Assembly (NCBI GenBank): GCA_051866635.1
Contig: JBJDXJ010000052.1
Span: forward strand, 30,440-94,439
From: Clostridia bacterium
GTDB lineage: Bacteria; Bacillota; Clostridia; UMGS1883
Direction: 5' to 3'
Length of the DNA: 64,000 nucleotides
The notes below the pieces were generated by a model, which saw only the letters and a program-made list of their open reading frames with translations, was not told the origin of the DNA and made no database searches. The position numbers and the translations under genes were made by a program. How positions within the stretch are numbered: the stretch's first letter is position 1; the number at the start of each line of letters is the position of its first letter. This document shows, in pieces, positions 39,396 to 49,269 of this stretch.

Positions 39396-39915
39396 GGCAA
39401 TACTTTTTGCTATTGGCGATGCTGTTGAAATTTCCGATATAGCATCAAGCCTTGGGATAAGCGAAGAGGAGGTTAAAGAAGGAGGCAAAATACTTTCCGA
39501 AAAGTATGTAAATACACAGTCGGGAATAAGGCTTATTGAAATTGCAGACTGTTACCAGCTTTCTTCTAATCCTGCCTGTTATGAACATATAAAAAAGGTA
39601 AGTCAGATCAAAAAGCAATCCGGACTTTCCTCGGCGGCGATAGAAACGCTGTCAATTATTGCGTACAATCAGCCTGTAACTAAAGGAACTGTGGAATTTA
39701 TACGTGGTGTTGATTCTACTTATTCTGTAAACAAGCTGATTGAAAGAGGTCTTATTGATGAACTTGGGCGTGCTGAAACACCGGGAAGACCTATTTTGTA
39801 TGGCACAACGCTGGAATTTTTAAGAACCTTCGGACTAAAAACACTTGAGGATTTGCCACCACTTCCGGAAAAGGGAGCAGAGGAGACAGCTTCAAGCGAG
39901 GAGGAAGCAAATTGA
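39364..39915 (+). CDS. scpB: Segregation/condensation protein B
   Basis: IEAILFA, ETLSIIAYNQPVT, IRGV, GRPILYGTT; exact start uncertain. Confidence 0.94.
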   Translation: MDMNQVVQTIEAILFAIGDAVEISDIASSLGISEEEVKEGGKILSEKYVNTQSGIRLIEIADCYQLSSNPACYEHIKKVSQIKKQSGLSSAAIETLSIIAYNQPVTKGTVEFIRGVDSTYSVNKLIERGLIDELGRAETPGRPILYGTTLEFLRTFGLKTLEDLPPLPEKGAEETASSEEEAN

Positions 39916-40493
39916 ACCTTATTATTATCTTAGGTATATTATTTGCAATTCTTATTCTGATTTTATGTATTCGTGTTGGTATAGGTGTGAAATATGACAA
40001 CGGCATTTTTATGATTGTAAAAATAGCTGTATTTAAGTATGAATTTAAGTTTAACCGTAAGGTAAAAAAGCTGTCGCAGAAAAATTTTAGGGACTCAGAT
40101 GCGAAAAAAACTATAGATAAAAGCATTGTAGGTGTTGATTTTATCTTAGACCTTTTGGGGGATTTCAGGAAATTTGTAAGGAAAAGGGTAAGCCTTGAGG
40201 ATTTTCAGTTAAATATTACTTTCGGCACTGCTGAAGCATCTTCAACGGCAGTTTCCGCCGGTGCTCTGTGGGCAATTTCCTATAATCTTTTAGGGCTAAT
40301 TGATAAACTTGTTTTGGTTAAAAAACCTAAAGTTGACATTAAGCCCGTGTTCAATGAAGCAACCTGGAATATGAGCGTGAGTGGTATAGTAACATCTCGC
40401 CTTGCACATATTATAACGGTAGCTATTGTTTTTGCAATTAAATATTTTAATTATAAAAAGAATAAAAATAAATCAAGGAGGACAAACAAATGA
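39912..40493 (+). CDS. DUF2953 (YtfI-like) protein
   Basis: N-terminal TM, FGTAEASSTA motif, located between scpB and ytfJ. Confidence 0.75.
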   Translation: MNLIIILGILFAILILILCIRVGIGVKYDNGIFMIVKIAVFKYEFKFNRKVKKLSQKNFRDSDAKKTIDKSIVGVDFILDLLGDFRKFVRKRVSLEDFQLNITFGTAEASSTAVSAGALWAISYNLLGLIDKLVLVKKPKVDIKPVFNEATWNMSVSGIVTSRLAHIITVAIVFAIKYFNYKKNKNKSRRTNK

Positions 40494-40885
40494 GTACACA
40501 TCCTATCAATGAGCTTATGACGGACGTTATGGGCAACTTAAAGTCAATGGTTGACGTAAATACAATCGTTGGCAACCCCGTTGAAACACCTGACGGAACA
40601 ACAATCATTCCCGTTTCTAAGGTTGGTTTTGGTTTTGCCGCAGGCGGAAGTGATTTCGGAACAACAGCTAACGGTGCATCCACTTGTGCCAACTTTGGCG
40701 GAGGTAGCGGTGCCGGTGTATCTATTGCACCTATGGGATTTCTTGTGGTAACAAAGGACCAGATTAGAATGATTCCAGTAAATTCATCAAATTCTGCGGT
40801 TGATAAGTTGGTTGACTATATTCCCACTGCAATCAACAAGGTTAATAACATCATTGAAAAGCATAAGGAATCAAAAGAAGACTAA
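40490..40885 (+). CDS. ytfJ: Sporulation protein YtfJ/GerW
   Basis: MVDVNTIVG, IIPVSKV.FGFAAGGSDF, FGGGSGAGV. Confidence 0.95.
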   Translation: MSTHPINELMTDVMGNLKSMVDVNTIVGNPVETPDGTTIIPVSKVGFGFAAGGSDFGTTANGASTCANFGGGSGAGVSIAPMGFLVVTKDQIRMIPVNSSNSAVDKLVDYIPTAINKVNNIIEKHKESKED

Positions 40886-40895
40886 GGTTTATACC

Positions 40896-40930
40896 AAACA
40901 GGAGTAATAAAAAAAATTACTCCTGTTTTT
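40896..40930 (+). terminator. Intrinsic terminator
   Basis: AAACAGGAGTAAT...ATTACTCCTGTTTTT. Confidence 0.8.
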
Positions 40931-41007
40931 GTATTTATTCGTAAATTTTTGTTGAAATGGAAATCTGTTTGTGGTATACTATATCATGGTGTAAATCTTG
41001 GATTTCT

Positions 41008-41035
41008 TCATAAAATTACTTGCCTTTCATACATT
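41008..41035 (+). promoter_or_regulatory. sigma-E-like promoter for dacB (a sigma-A-like TTGAAA...TATACT also lies at 40952-40980)
   Basis: TCATAA...CATACATT. Confidence 0.55.
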
Positions 41036-41054
41036 GTTAAAGGACGGTGATTTT

Positions 41055-42167
41055 GTGAAACGATTATTATTTACATTGATGTTTTTATTCCTGTTCTTTA
41101 CTGAAGTTGCTTATGCACAAAACGTGGAGATTTCAGCAAAAAGTGCAGTGGTGATAGACTCGGGATCAGGGCGTGTCCTTTTTGAAAAGGATGCATACAT
41201 ACCCCTTCCCATGGCAAGCACCACTAAAATAATGACCGGTCTTTTAGCTGTTGAAATGCTGAATTTGAATGATATTGTAACTGTAAGTGCCCATGCTTCA
41301 GGTACCGAAGGCTCATCTGTGTGGCTTGAAACAGGCGAACATATATCTTCTTATGATTTGCTTTACGGTTTAATGTTATCAAGCGGTAACGATGCCGCTG
41401 TTGCTTTGGCAGAACATATAGCCGGAAGTGTTGATGCATTTACTGTTTTGATGAATAAACGTGCAAAGGAAATAGGTGCAAATAACACAAATTTCACAAA
41501 CCCACACGGTTTACCTGATGATAATCACTATACAACAGCTTATGATTTGGCTAGGATAAGTCGCATTGCAATGAATAATAAGACCTTTCGTGAAGTTGTA
41601 TCTACAAAAAATAAGACTATTTCATGGGAAAATTCACAGTGGAACAGAAGTTTGACAAACCACAACAAGCTCTTAAAAATGTATGATTATGCAATCGGAA
41701 TAAAAACCGGGTATACAAAGAAAGCAGGACGGTGTTTAGCCTCTGCCGCAAAAAAGGACGGGAGGGAGCTTATTATAGTAACTTTGTCAGACCCTGACGA
41801 TTGGAACGACCATATTCGTTTATACAATTACTGCTTCGACACATATTTACCCTATACATTGTGTAAAAAAGGTGAAAATGTACTTTGTTATAAGCCCAAA
41901 TCAAAAGGTGCTGAAAGTATTGATATAACATATGGCGAAGATTATGTGGCAAGCCTTTCTGAAGAGGAAGAGAAGAATATAACGCGTAAACTGAAATTGA
42001 ATATTACATTTCCCGTATCTCCTAATCAAAAGGTGGGGGAGTGTGAACTTTATTATTATAACGAAAAAATCGGCAGTGTAAGTCTTTTGGCGAAAAATGA
42101 ATCCTATCCTGACAGAGGACTGCCCGATATTATAAAACAATTGATGAAGGGAATTATACTGCAGTGA
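41055..42167 (+). CDS. dacB: D-alanyl-D-alanine carboxypeptidase (DacB-like)
   Basis: ASTTK (SxxK), SGN, KTG motifs; GTG start with AAGGACGGTG RBS. Confidence 0.85.
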   Translation: MKRLLFTLMFLFLFFTEVAYAQNVEISAKSAVVIDSGSGRVLFEKDAYIPLPMASTTKIMTGLLAVEMLNLNDIVTVSAHASGTEGSSVWLETGEHISSYDLLYGLMLSSGNDAAVALAEHIAGSVDAFTVLMNKRAKEIGANNTNFTNPHGLPDDNHYTTAYDLARISRIAMNNKTFREVVSTKNKTISWENSQWNRSLTNHNKLLKMYDYAIGIKTGYTKKAGRCLASAAKKDGRELIIVTLSDPDDWNDHIRLYNYCFDTYLPYTLCKKGENVLCYKPKSKGAESIDITYGEDYVASLSEEEEKNITRKLKLNITFPVSPNQKVGECELYYYNEKIGSVSLLAKNESYPDRGLPDIIKQLMKGIILQ

Positions 42168-42886
42168 GATTACAGAAATATATGGCAATGTGTGCCGTTG
42201 CATCACGGCGTGCCAGTGAAGAAATTATTAAAAGCGGTAGGGTAAAAGTTAACGGTGAAGTCATTGATTACATGGGCTATGAAGTTGATGAAGACAGTGA
42301 TATCGTAGAAGTTGACGGAATTGTAATTAAGCCCGAAGCTAAGAAGTTCTACATCCTTTTAAATAAACCAAAGGGCTACGTTACAACAGTAAGCGATGAA
42401 TTTGACCGTCCTACTGTTATGGAACTGGTTAAGGATGTACACGCCAGAATTTATCCCGTAGGCAGACTTGACTATGACACGGCAGGACTGCTTATTATGA
42501 CAAACGACGGAGATTTTGCAAATACTCTTACACATCCCAGTCATAATGTAAACAAAGGCTATATTGCCAAAATCAACAAAATGCCCGATAAAGAAGCACT
42601 TGATACTTTAAAAAAAGGCGTTTTGCTTGACGGCAAGCTTACAGCACCTGCAAAGGTTGAAATATTAAAGCCAACAAAATTCAATTGTGAAATAAAAGTT
42701 ACTATCCACGAAGGCAGAAACCGTCAGGTAAGACGAATGTTTGAAGCTATCGGTGCAGAAGTTACTTCTCTTAAACGAATTTCTGTAGGAAATGTAACTT
42801 TAGGCAATCTTCCAGAAGGAAAATGGCGACATTTAAACGATGCAGAACGCCAAAGGTTAATGGGAAGAGGTTCAAAAAGAAAATAA
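42164..42886 (+). CDS. rluB: RluB/RsuA-family pseudouridine synthase
   Basis: S4 domain MRLQKY...SRR, NKPKG, GRLDYD, EGRNRQVRRM. Confidence 0.9.
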   Translation: MRLQKYMAMCAVASRRASEEIIKSGRVKVNGEVIDYMGYEVDEDSDIVEVDGIVIKPEAKKFYILLNKPKGYVTTVSDEFDRPTVMELVKDVHARIYPVGRLDYDTAGLLIMTNDGDFANTLTHPSHNVNKGYIAKINKMPDKEALDTLKKGVLLDGKLTAPAKVEILKPTKFNCEIKVTIHEGRNRQVRRMFEAIGAEVTSLKRISVGNVTLGNLPEGKWRHLNDAERQRLMGRGSKRK

Positions 42887-42921
42887 ATTTTATAATATAA
42901 AATTTTCAGGAGGTATAAACA

Positions 42922-44415
42922 ATGAGCATGGATGAAAAGCTCGATATGCGTAATCGCACTAAGGCAAATATTGCTTTGGGCGGTGGTGCAGAAAAGCAAA
43001 ATAAAGTTAAAAGTTCAGGTAAAATGCTTGCCGGCGAAAGAGTAACAGCTCTTTTTGACGAAGGCAGTTTTATTGAACTTGATGCATTTGTTTCTGCTCG
43101 AAATAACTTTACTGCAGCAGACGGTGTTGTCACGGGTTACGGAACTGTAGACGGCAGATTGACTTTTGCCTACGCACAGGACCCTACAGTAATCGGTGGT
43201 TGTATCGGTGAAATGAACGCAAAAAAGATTTGCAAAGTATATGATATGGCTTCAAAAATGGGTGCACCTGTTGTTGGCATTTTAGATTCTAACGGTGCGA
43301 GATTGGAAGAAGGTGTTTTGGCACAGGCGGCTGTGGGAGAAATCATGTCTTGTGTGGCACGTGTGTCAGGTATTGTTCCCAACATAAGCGTTGTTTTAGG
43401 CACCTGTGCAGGTTCTTCTGCAATAATTGCCGAAATGAGCGATTTTGTTATTATGAGTGAAAAAGAAGGGGCAGAACTTTTTGTTAATTCACCTTCCGTT
43501 GTCACTGCATCTACAAACAAAAAGTATGAAGCAAACGCAAAGGCAAATGCTTTTGTTTCAGGCAATATTCACTTTACAGGTAAAGATGATGCCATGTGTT
43601 TGGAAGTATGTAAGCTTCTTTTAAGCTATCTTCCCTCAAACAACCTTTGCGATGCTCCTGAATTTGACTGTTCTGACGATTTGAACAGGGTTTGTGAACC
43701 CTTCGTGGATGTTGACGGTGAATATGATGTGAGAAGCCTTATTGCCAACATCGCAGATGATGGTGCTTTTATGGAAAGTCAGGCAAATTACGCAAAAGGA
43801 GCTGTTACAGGCTTTATTCGCCTTAATGGCACTACTGTAGGGGTTGTGGCAAATCAGGGAAATGAAGAGGGTGCACAGCTTTCAGGACAGGCTATTGAAA
43901 AAATGGCAAGGTTTGTTCGCTTCTGTGACTCATTCAACATCGGTATTCTTACATTTACTGATGTTGAAGGCTTCAAAGTAAGTGCCGACGAAGAAAACTG
44001 GGGATTGGCAAGAAAGAGTGCAAGACTTCTTTATGCCTTTACTGAAGCGACAGTTCCTAAGGTTAATGTAATTGTAAAGAAGGCTTACGGCGGTGCTTAT
44101 GTCGCAATGAATTCCAAGCAGACAGGTGCTGATATTGTTTTGGCTTATCCCACAGCACTTATTGCCGCAATTGCACCTTTGGCAGGCGTTGGTGTACTTT
44201 ATTCTGAAAGACTTCATGCAGGCGAGAGCAGAGATGCTTTGGTCGAAGAATATAAGGATACTGTTGCATCACCTTATAATGCGGCAAAGATGGGCTTTGT
44301 TGATGATATTATTATTCCTTCCGAGACCCGTCCCAGAGTTATAGCAGCATTTGAAATGCTCAGAAGTAAGCGTGTAAACGCTCCTTCAAGAAAGCATGAT
44401 AATATGCCGCTTTGA
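42922..44415 (+). CDS. Acyl-CoA carboxyltransferase (methylmalonyl-CoA decarboxylase alpha / PccB-like)
   Basis: DGVVTGYG, DSNGARL, RFVRFCD, KAYGGAY, RKHDNMPL. Confidence 0.9.
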   Translation: MSMDEKLDMRNRTKANIALGGGAEKQNKVKSSGKMLAGERVTALFDEGSFIELDAFVSARNNFTAADGVVTGYGTVDGRLTFAYAQDPTVIGGCIGEMNAKKICKVYDMASKMGAPVVGILDSNGARLEEGVLAQAAVGEIMSCVARVSGIVPNISVVLGTCAGSSAIIAEMSDFVIMSEKEGAELFVNSPSVVTASTNKKYEANAKANAFVSGNIHFTGKDDAMCLEVCKLLLSYLPSNNLCDAPEFDCSDDLNRVCEPFVDVDGEYDVRSLIANIADDGAFMESQANYAKGAVTGFIRLNGTTVGVVANQGNEEGAQLSGQAIEKMARFVRFCDSFNIGILTFTDVEGFKVSADEENWGLARKSARLLYAFTEATVPKVNVIVKKAYGGAYVAMNSKQTGADIVLAYPTALIAAIAPLAGVGVLYSERLHAGESRDALVEEYKDTVASPYNAAKMGFVDDIIIPSETRPRVIAAFEMLRSKRVNAPSRKHDNMPL

Positions 44416-44430
44416 TAAAGGAGTGTTGGT

Positions 44431-44796
44431 ATGAACATATATGATCTTACTACTCCCGGTGAAATAATCGCTTATGGCGTCGTTGTAACAATTCAGGGTA
44501 TTTTGGTTGTATTCCTTATCCTTATACTCATTATGCTTGTTATATACGCTATGGGATTATTGTCAGGAAATAAGAAGTCTGAAAAGAAATCTCAAGCTCC
44601 TGCCACTAAAGTCGAGGCTGAAGTAAATACGGTTGAGGAAACAGTGGATGAGAGTGAACTTATCGCAGTTATTACAGCTGCTGTTGCCGCTTGTATGGGT
44701 ACAAGCAGTGCAAGTGTAAATATCAAAAGCTATAAAAAGGTTTCTTCCGCTTGGAGCAATGCCGCAAAGCGTGAAGTTCTTGATAACAAATTTTAA
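44431..44796 (+). CDS. OadG-family decarboxylase gamma/delta subunit
   Basis: Single TM, linker, ELIAVITAAVA, W..AAKRE. Confidence 0.88.
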   Translation: MNIYDLTTPGEIIAYGVVVTIQGILVVFLILILIMLVIYAMGLLSGNKKSEKKSQAPATKVEAEVNTVEETVDESELIAVITAAVAACMGTSSASVNIKSYKKVSSAWSNAAKREVLDNKF

Positions 44797-44811
44797 GGAG
44801 GTACATATCAG

Positions 44812-45171
44812 ATGAGAAAATTTATTATAAACGTAAACGGTAATTCATATGAAGTTGAGGTTGAAGAAGTAGGTGCTACTGCCTCTGCTCCTGTTCAGGT
44901 TGCTACAACAGCTTCTGCTCCTATTTCTGCACCTAAGAAGGCAGCTGCTCCCTCAGGTAGCGGTGAACCTGTAAAGGCTCCTATGCCAGGTACAATTCTT
45001 GACGTTAAGGTTCAGAACGGTGCAAAGGTAAATGCAGGTGACGTTCTTGTTGTATTGGAAGCTATGAAGATGGAAAATGATATTAAGGCACCCAAAGCAG
45101 GTACAGTTACTGTTGTTACTTCTAAGGGCTCCAGCGTTAATACAGGTGACGTTTTAGTTACCATTGCCTGA
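44812..45171 (+). CDS. Biotin carboxyl carrier protein
   Basis: [12 protein letters not shown], Ala/Pro linker, EAMKMEN. Confidence 0.96.
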   Translation: MRKFIINVNGNSYEVEVEEVGATASAPVQVATTASAPISAPKKAAAPSGSGEPVKAPMPGTILDVKVQNGAKVNAGDVLVVLEAMKMENDIKAPKAGTVTVVTSKGSSVNTGDVLVTIA

Positions 45172-45204
45172 TTTTATTGACGCAGATTGGAGTGTGAACA
45201 AAAA

Positions 45205-46467
45205 ATGTTCGATATGTTAGTTGACGGTTTAGGCAGTTTTGCCATGAAAACCGGTATTGCTGACATCGCCTCAAATTTCCTTTGGGATGGAGCAAAGACT
45301 CTTGTTATGATTGTTATTGCATGTGTACTTTTTTACTTTGCAATAGTTAAGAAATATGAACCGCTTTTGCTTTTGCCCATTGCCTTTGGTATGCTTATTG
45401 CTAACCTTCCTTTAGGCGGTGTTATGCATCCTGAATACTTTATCGACCCTGAATATCTTATAAACGGTAAAGATTTGAATTTTGGTCTGATATTACATGA
45501 AGGCGGTCTTCTGGACCTTTTATACTTAGGTGTTAAGCTGGGCATTTATCCGCCACTTATATTCCTTGGCATAGGTTGTATGACTGACTTTGGTCCTCTT
45601 ATTTCCAACCCTAAAAGCATTATTTTAGGTGCGGCGGCACAGCTTGGCGTATTCATTACTTTCTTCTGTGCTGTTCTGTTAGGTGCCTTCGGTATAGCAG
45701 GTTTCGGTTCTGACGGAAATGTGGCTACAATCTTCAAGGAAGCCGCATCTATCGGTATTATCGGTGGTGCTGACGGTCCTACGGCAATTTTCGTAACAAA
45801 GACATTGGCTCCTTCGCTTTTGTCGGCAATTGCCATTGCGGCATACAGCTACATGGCACTTATTCCCATGATTCAGCCGCCTATTATGAAGCTTCTTACA
45901 ACAAAGAAGGAAAGACAGATTGTTATGGAACAGTTAAGACCCGTAACAAAGACGGAAAAGATTATTTTCCCCATTGCCGTTACTCTTATAGTTGTACTTT
46001 TGGTTCCCGATGCGGCAAGTTTGGTGGGTATGCTTATGCTTGGTAATCTGATTAAAGAATCAGGCGTTGCTGAAAGACTTTGTAAAACTGCACAAAATGA
46101 GCTCATGAATATTGTTACAATTTTCCTTGGTATTACAGTTGGTGCTACTGCAAAGGCCGATACATTCCTTACAGGCAAAACAGTATTTATTATCCTTCTC
46201 GGTCTTGTTGCGTTCTCTATCAGTACAGCAGGCGGATTGCTTCTTGCAAAGCTTATGAGTAAGCTTACAGGCGGTAAGATTAACCCGCTTATCGGTAGTG
46301 CCGGTGTTAGTGCAGTGCCTATGGCGGCAAGAATGAGCCAGCAGGTTGGTCAGGAAGAAAACCCCGCAAACTTCTTGCTTATGCATGCTATGGGCCCCAA
46401 TGTTGCAGGTGTTATCGGCAGTGCCGTTGCGGCAGGTGTATTCCTTGCAAACTTTACAGGTATTTAA
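45205..46467 (+). CDS. oadB: Na+-translocating decarboxylase beta subunit
   Basis: EPLLLLPIAFG, MTDFGPL, IGIIGGADGPTAIF, AYSYMAL, SAVPMAAR, HAMGPNVAGVIGS. Confidence 0.95.
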   Translation: MFDMLVDGLGSFAMKTGIADIASNFLWDGAKTLVMIVIACVLFYFAIVKKYEPLLLLPIAFGMLIANLPLGGVMHPEYFIDPEYLINGKDLNFGLILHEGGLLDLLYLGVKLGIYPPLIFLGIGCMTDFGPLISNPKSIILGAAAQLGVFITFFCAVLLGAFGIAGFGSDGNVATIFKEAASIGIIGGADGPTAIFVTKTLAPSLLSAIAIAAYSYMALIPMIQPPIMKLLTTKKERQIVMEQLRPVTKTEKIIFPIAVTLIVVLLVPDAASLVGMLMLGNLIKESGVAERLCKTAQNELMNIVTIFLGITVGATAKADTFLTGKTVFIILLGLVAFSISTAGGLLLAKLMSKLTGGKINPLIGSAGVSAVPMAARMSQQVGQEENPANFLLMHAMGPNVAGVIGSAVAAGVFLANFTGI

Positions 46468-46486
46468 TAAAGGGAGGTAAATTACA

Positions 46487-47878
46487 ATGGTTAAAATAAC
46501 AGAAACGGTCCTCCGTGATGCTCACCAGTCACTTATTGCTACAAGAATGACAACAGATGAGATCCTGGGTATAGTGGAAAAACTTGACCAAATTGGTTAT
46601 AATTCATTAGAAGCGTGGGGAGGAGCTACTTTTGACGCTTGTCTTCGTTTCCTTAATGAAGACCCTTGGGAAAGACTCAGAAAGATTAAAGATAAAGCTA
46701 AAAATACACCCCTTCAGATGCTTTTCCGCGGTCAGAATATTTTAGGCTACCGCCATTACGCGGATGATGTGGTTGAATATTTTGTACAGAAGTCCATTGC
46801 TAACGGTATTGATATTCTCCGTATTTTCGATGCATTAAACGATGTAAGAAATTTAAAAACAGCTATTAATGCCGCAATTAAGGAAAAAGGTCATGTACAG
46901 GCGGCAATCAGTTATACATTGAGCGATTTCCATACAAATGAATCATTCATTACTCTTGCTAAACAGCTTGAAGATATGGGTGCAAGCAGTGTTTGTATTA
47001 AGGATATGGCAGGTCTTTTGACACCGTATGTTGCATACGATCTTGTTTCAGGTATGAAAAAGGCTGTCAAAATTCCCATTCAGCTTCATACACATTACAC
47101 AAGCGGTTTAGCTTCTATGACATATCTTAAGGCTATCGAAGCAGGTGTTGATGTTGTTGACTGTGCTATGAGTCCCATGGCTTTAGGTACAAGCCAGCCG
47201 CCTACAGAATCACTTGTTGCCGCACTTAAAGGTACACAGTACGATACAGGTTATGACCTTAACAAGCTTTCTGAAATTGCAGATTATTTCCGTCCTCTTC
47301 GTGAAGAATATATTAAGAGTGGTCTTCTTAACCCCAAGGCTCTTAGCGTAGATGCAAATACTTTGAAATATCAGGTTCCCGGCGGTATGCTTTCAAACCT
47401 TATTTCTCAGCTTAAACAGCAGGGTAAGGAAGATAAGTACGAAGAAGTGCTTAGGGAAGTTCCCAGAGTAAGAGAAGATGCCGGTTTCCCGCCACTTGTA
47501 ACACCTACAAGCCAGATTGTTGGTACACAGGCTGTTCTTAATGTTATTATGGGCGAAAGATATAAGATGGTAACTAAGGAATTCAAGGCAATGATTAGAG
47601 GGGAATACGGACAGACTCCTGCCCCTGTAAGTGAAGAATTCAAAAAGAAGATAGTAGGGGATGAGAAGATTATTACTTGCCGTCCTGCTGACTTAATTCC
47701 CAATGAATTGGATAAGTTCAGAAGCGAAATTGCTGAATATGCAGAACAGGAAGAAGATGTGCTTTCATATGCACTCTTTGACCAGGTTGCAATCAAGTTC
47801 TTCAAATACCGTCAGGGTCAGAAGTATAAGATTGACCCAAATCTTGCAAATACTGAAGAAAAAACACATCCGATATGA
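46487..47878 (+). CDS. oadA: Oxaloacetate decarboxylase alpha / pyruvate carboxyltransferase subunit (no biotinyl domain)
   Basis: LRDAHQSL, WGGATFD, IKDMAG, HTH, QVPGGM, PPLVTPTSQIVG. Confidence 0.92.
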   Translation: MVKITETVLRDAHQSLIATRMTTDEILGIVEKLDQIGYNSLEAWGGATFDACLRFLNEDPWERLRKIKDKAKNTPLQMLFRGQNILGYRHYADDVVEYFVQKSIANGIDILRIFDALNDVRNLKTAINAAIKEKGHVQAAISYTLSDFHTNESFITLAKQLEDMGASSVCIKDMAGLLTPYVAYDLVSGMKKAVKIPIQLHTHYTSGLASMTYLKAIEAGVDVVDCAMSPMALGTSQPPTESLVAALKGTQYDTGYDLNKLSEIADYFRPLREEYIKSGLLNPKALSVDANTLKYQVPGGMLSNLISQLKQQGKEDKYEEVLREVPRVREDAGFPPLVTPTSQIVGTQAVLNVIMGERYKMVTKEFKAMIRGEYGQTPAPVSEEFKKKIVGDEKIITCRPADLIPNELDKFRSEIAEYAEQEEDVLSYALFDQVAIKFFKYRQGQKYKIDPNLANTEEKTHPI

Positions 47879-47895
47879 TTTTAAAATTAAAGAAA

Positions 47896-47919
47896 TGCCC
47901 GATAAATTTTTATCGGGCA
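47896..47919 (+). terminator. Hairpin after oadA
   Basis: TGCCCGATAA...TTATCGGGCA inverted repeat. Confidence 0.55.
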
Positions 47920-47944
47920 ACTTTGTTTACAAAGAGGAAAGAAC

Positions 47945-49186
47945 ATGCTCAATATAGATGAAAGAATAATAGAATTATCTAAAGAAGTAGAGAGAGAAAT
48001 AGCTCCCAAATTTCGTGAAATAGATGAAATTGCTCAGTATAATCAGGAAAAAGTTCTGAATGCTTTTATAAAAAACAGGGTCAGTGACTCTCATTTTAAT
48101 CATACCACAGGTTACGGTTATAATGACATCGGCAGGGAAGTTATTGACAAAATTTATGCCGATACTTTCGGCACGGAGGATGCATTGGTTCGTCACAATA
48201 TTGTAAACGGTACACATGCACTTTCGATCGCCCTTTTCGCTGTTTTAAGACCAGGTGATACTTTGCTTGCTGTAACAGGTAAGCCTTATGACACACTTGA
48301 AGAAGCAATAGGTATATCAGGTGACGGAAACAGTGGCAGTTTAAAGGAATTTGGTGTAAATTACCGTCAGGTTGACCTTAAAGACAATAAGCCTGATTTT
48401 GACAAAATCAAAGAAGAATTAACAGATGATGTAAAATTGTGTATAATTCAACGCAGTAAGGGATATGATTGGCGTGATACCCTTTCATCATGTGAGATAG
48501 GGGAGCTTATAGGGTTTATCAAGAAGGTAAAGCCGGGAACACTTTGCATGGTTGACAACTGTTACGGTGAATTTGTTGAACGTGACGAACCCAGTAATTA
48601 CGGTGCAGACATGATAGTTGGCTCACTTATAAAGAATGTAGGCGGTGGTCTTGCACAAAGCGGCGGTTATATAGCAGGCACAAAGAAATGTGTTGAATTG
48701 GCTTCTTACAGACAGACAAGCCCCGGTATAGGAAAAGAATGTGGTGCAACACTCGGCCAGAACCGTCATATTTTGCAGGGATTTTTTATGGCACCTCATA
48801 CTGTTGCACAGGCAGTTAAAACGGCAGTTTTCTGTGGTGCTTTGATGGAAAAACTTGGTTATGAAGTAAATCCCACATCAAGTGCAAAAAGGTGCGACAT
48901 AATTCAGTCTGTAAAATTCAATGACCCTGATAAGCTCATAAAGTTCTGTCAGGGCATACAGATGGCTTCACCGGTAGACAGTTTTGCAGTTCCCATGCCA
49001 TGGGATATGCCGGGATATCAGCATCAGGTTATTATGGCGGCAGGAACTTTTGTATCAGGTGCAAGTATTGAAATCAGTGCAGATGCTCCCATAAAGGAAC
49101 CTTATGTAGGATATCTTCAGGGTGGTCTTACATATGAAAGTGGAAAACTGGCAGTGATGTATGCCGCATCAAACCTGTTAAATTAA
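47945..49186 (+). CDS. Methionine gamma-lyase-family / YnbB-type PLP enzyme
   Basis: TGYGYND.GR, GKPYDTL, IQRSKGY, VDNCYGEF, GSLIKN, IMAAGTF. Confidence 0.9.
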   Translation: MLNIDERIIELSKEVEREIAPKFREIDEIAQYNQEKVLNAFIKNRVSDSHFNHTTGYGYNDIGREVIDKIYADTFGTEDALVRHNIVNGTHALSIALFAVLRPGDTLLAVTGKPYDTLEEAIGISGDGNSGSLKEFGVNYRQVDLKDNKPDFDKIKEELTDDVKLCIIQRSKGYDWRDTLSSCEIGELIGFIKKVKPGTLCMVDNCYGEFVERDEPSNYGADMIVGSLIKNVGGGLAQSGGYIAGTKKCVELASYRQTSPGIGKECGATLGQNRHILQGFFMAPHTVAQAVKTAVFCGALMEKLGYEVNPTSSAKRCDIIQSVKFNDPDKLIKFCQGIQMASPVDSFAVPMPWDMPGYQHQVIMAAGTFVSGASIEISADAPIKEPYVGYLQGGLTYESGKLAVMYAASNLLN

Positions 49187-49269
49187 AGGGAACGGCAGAA
49201 AAAACATAAATTCAAAAATACAGCCAATTCAACAAAATAAAAATTTTGTTGAATTGGGAATAGGAGGAT

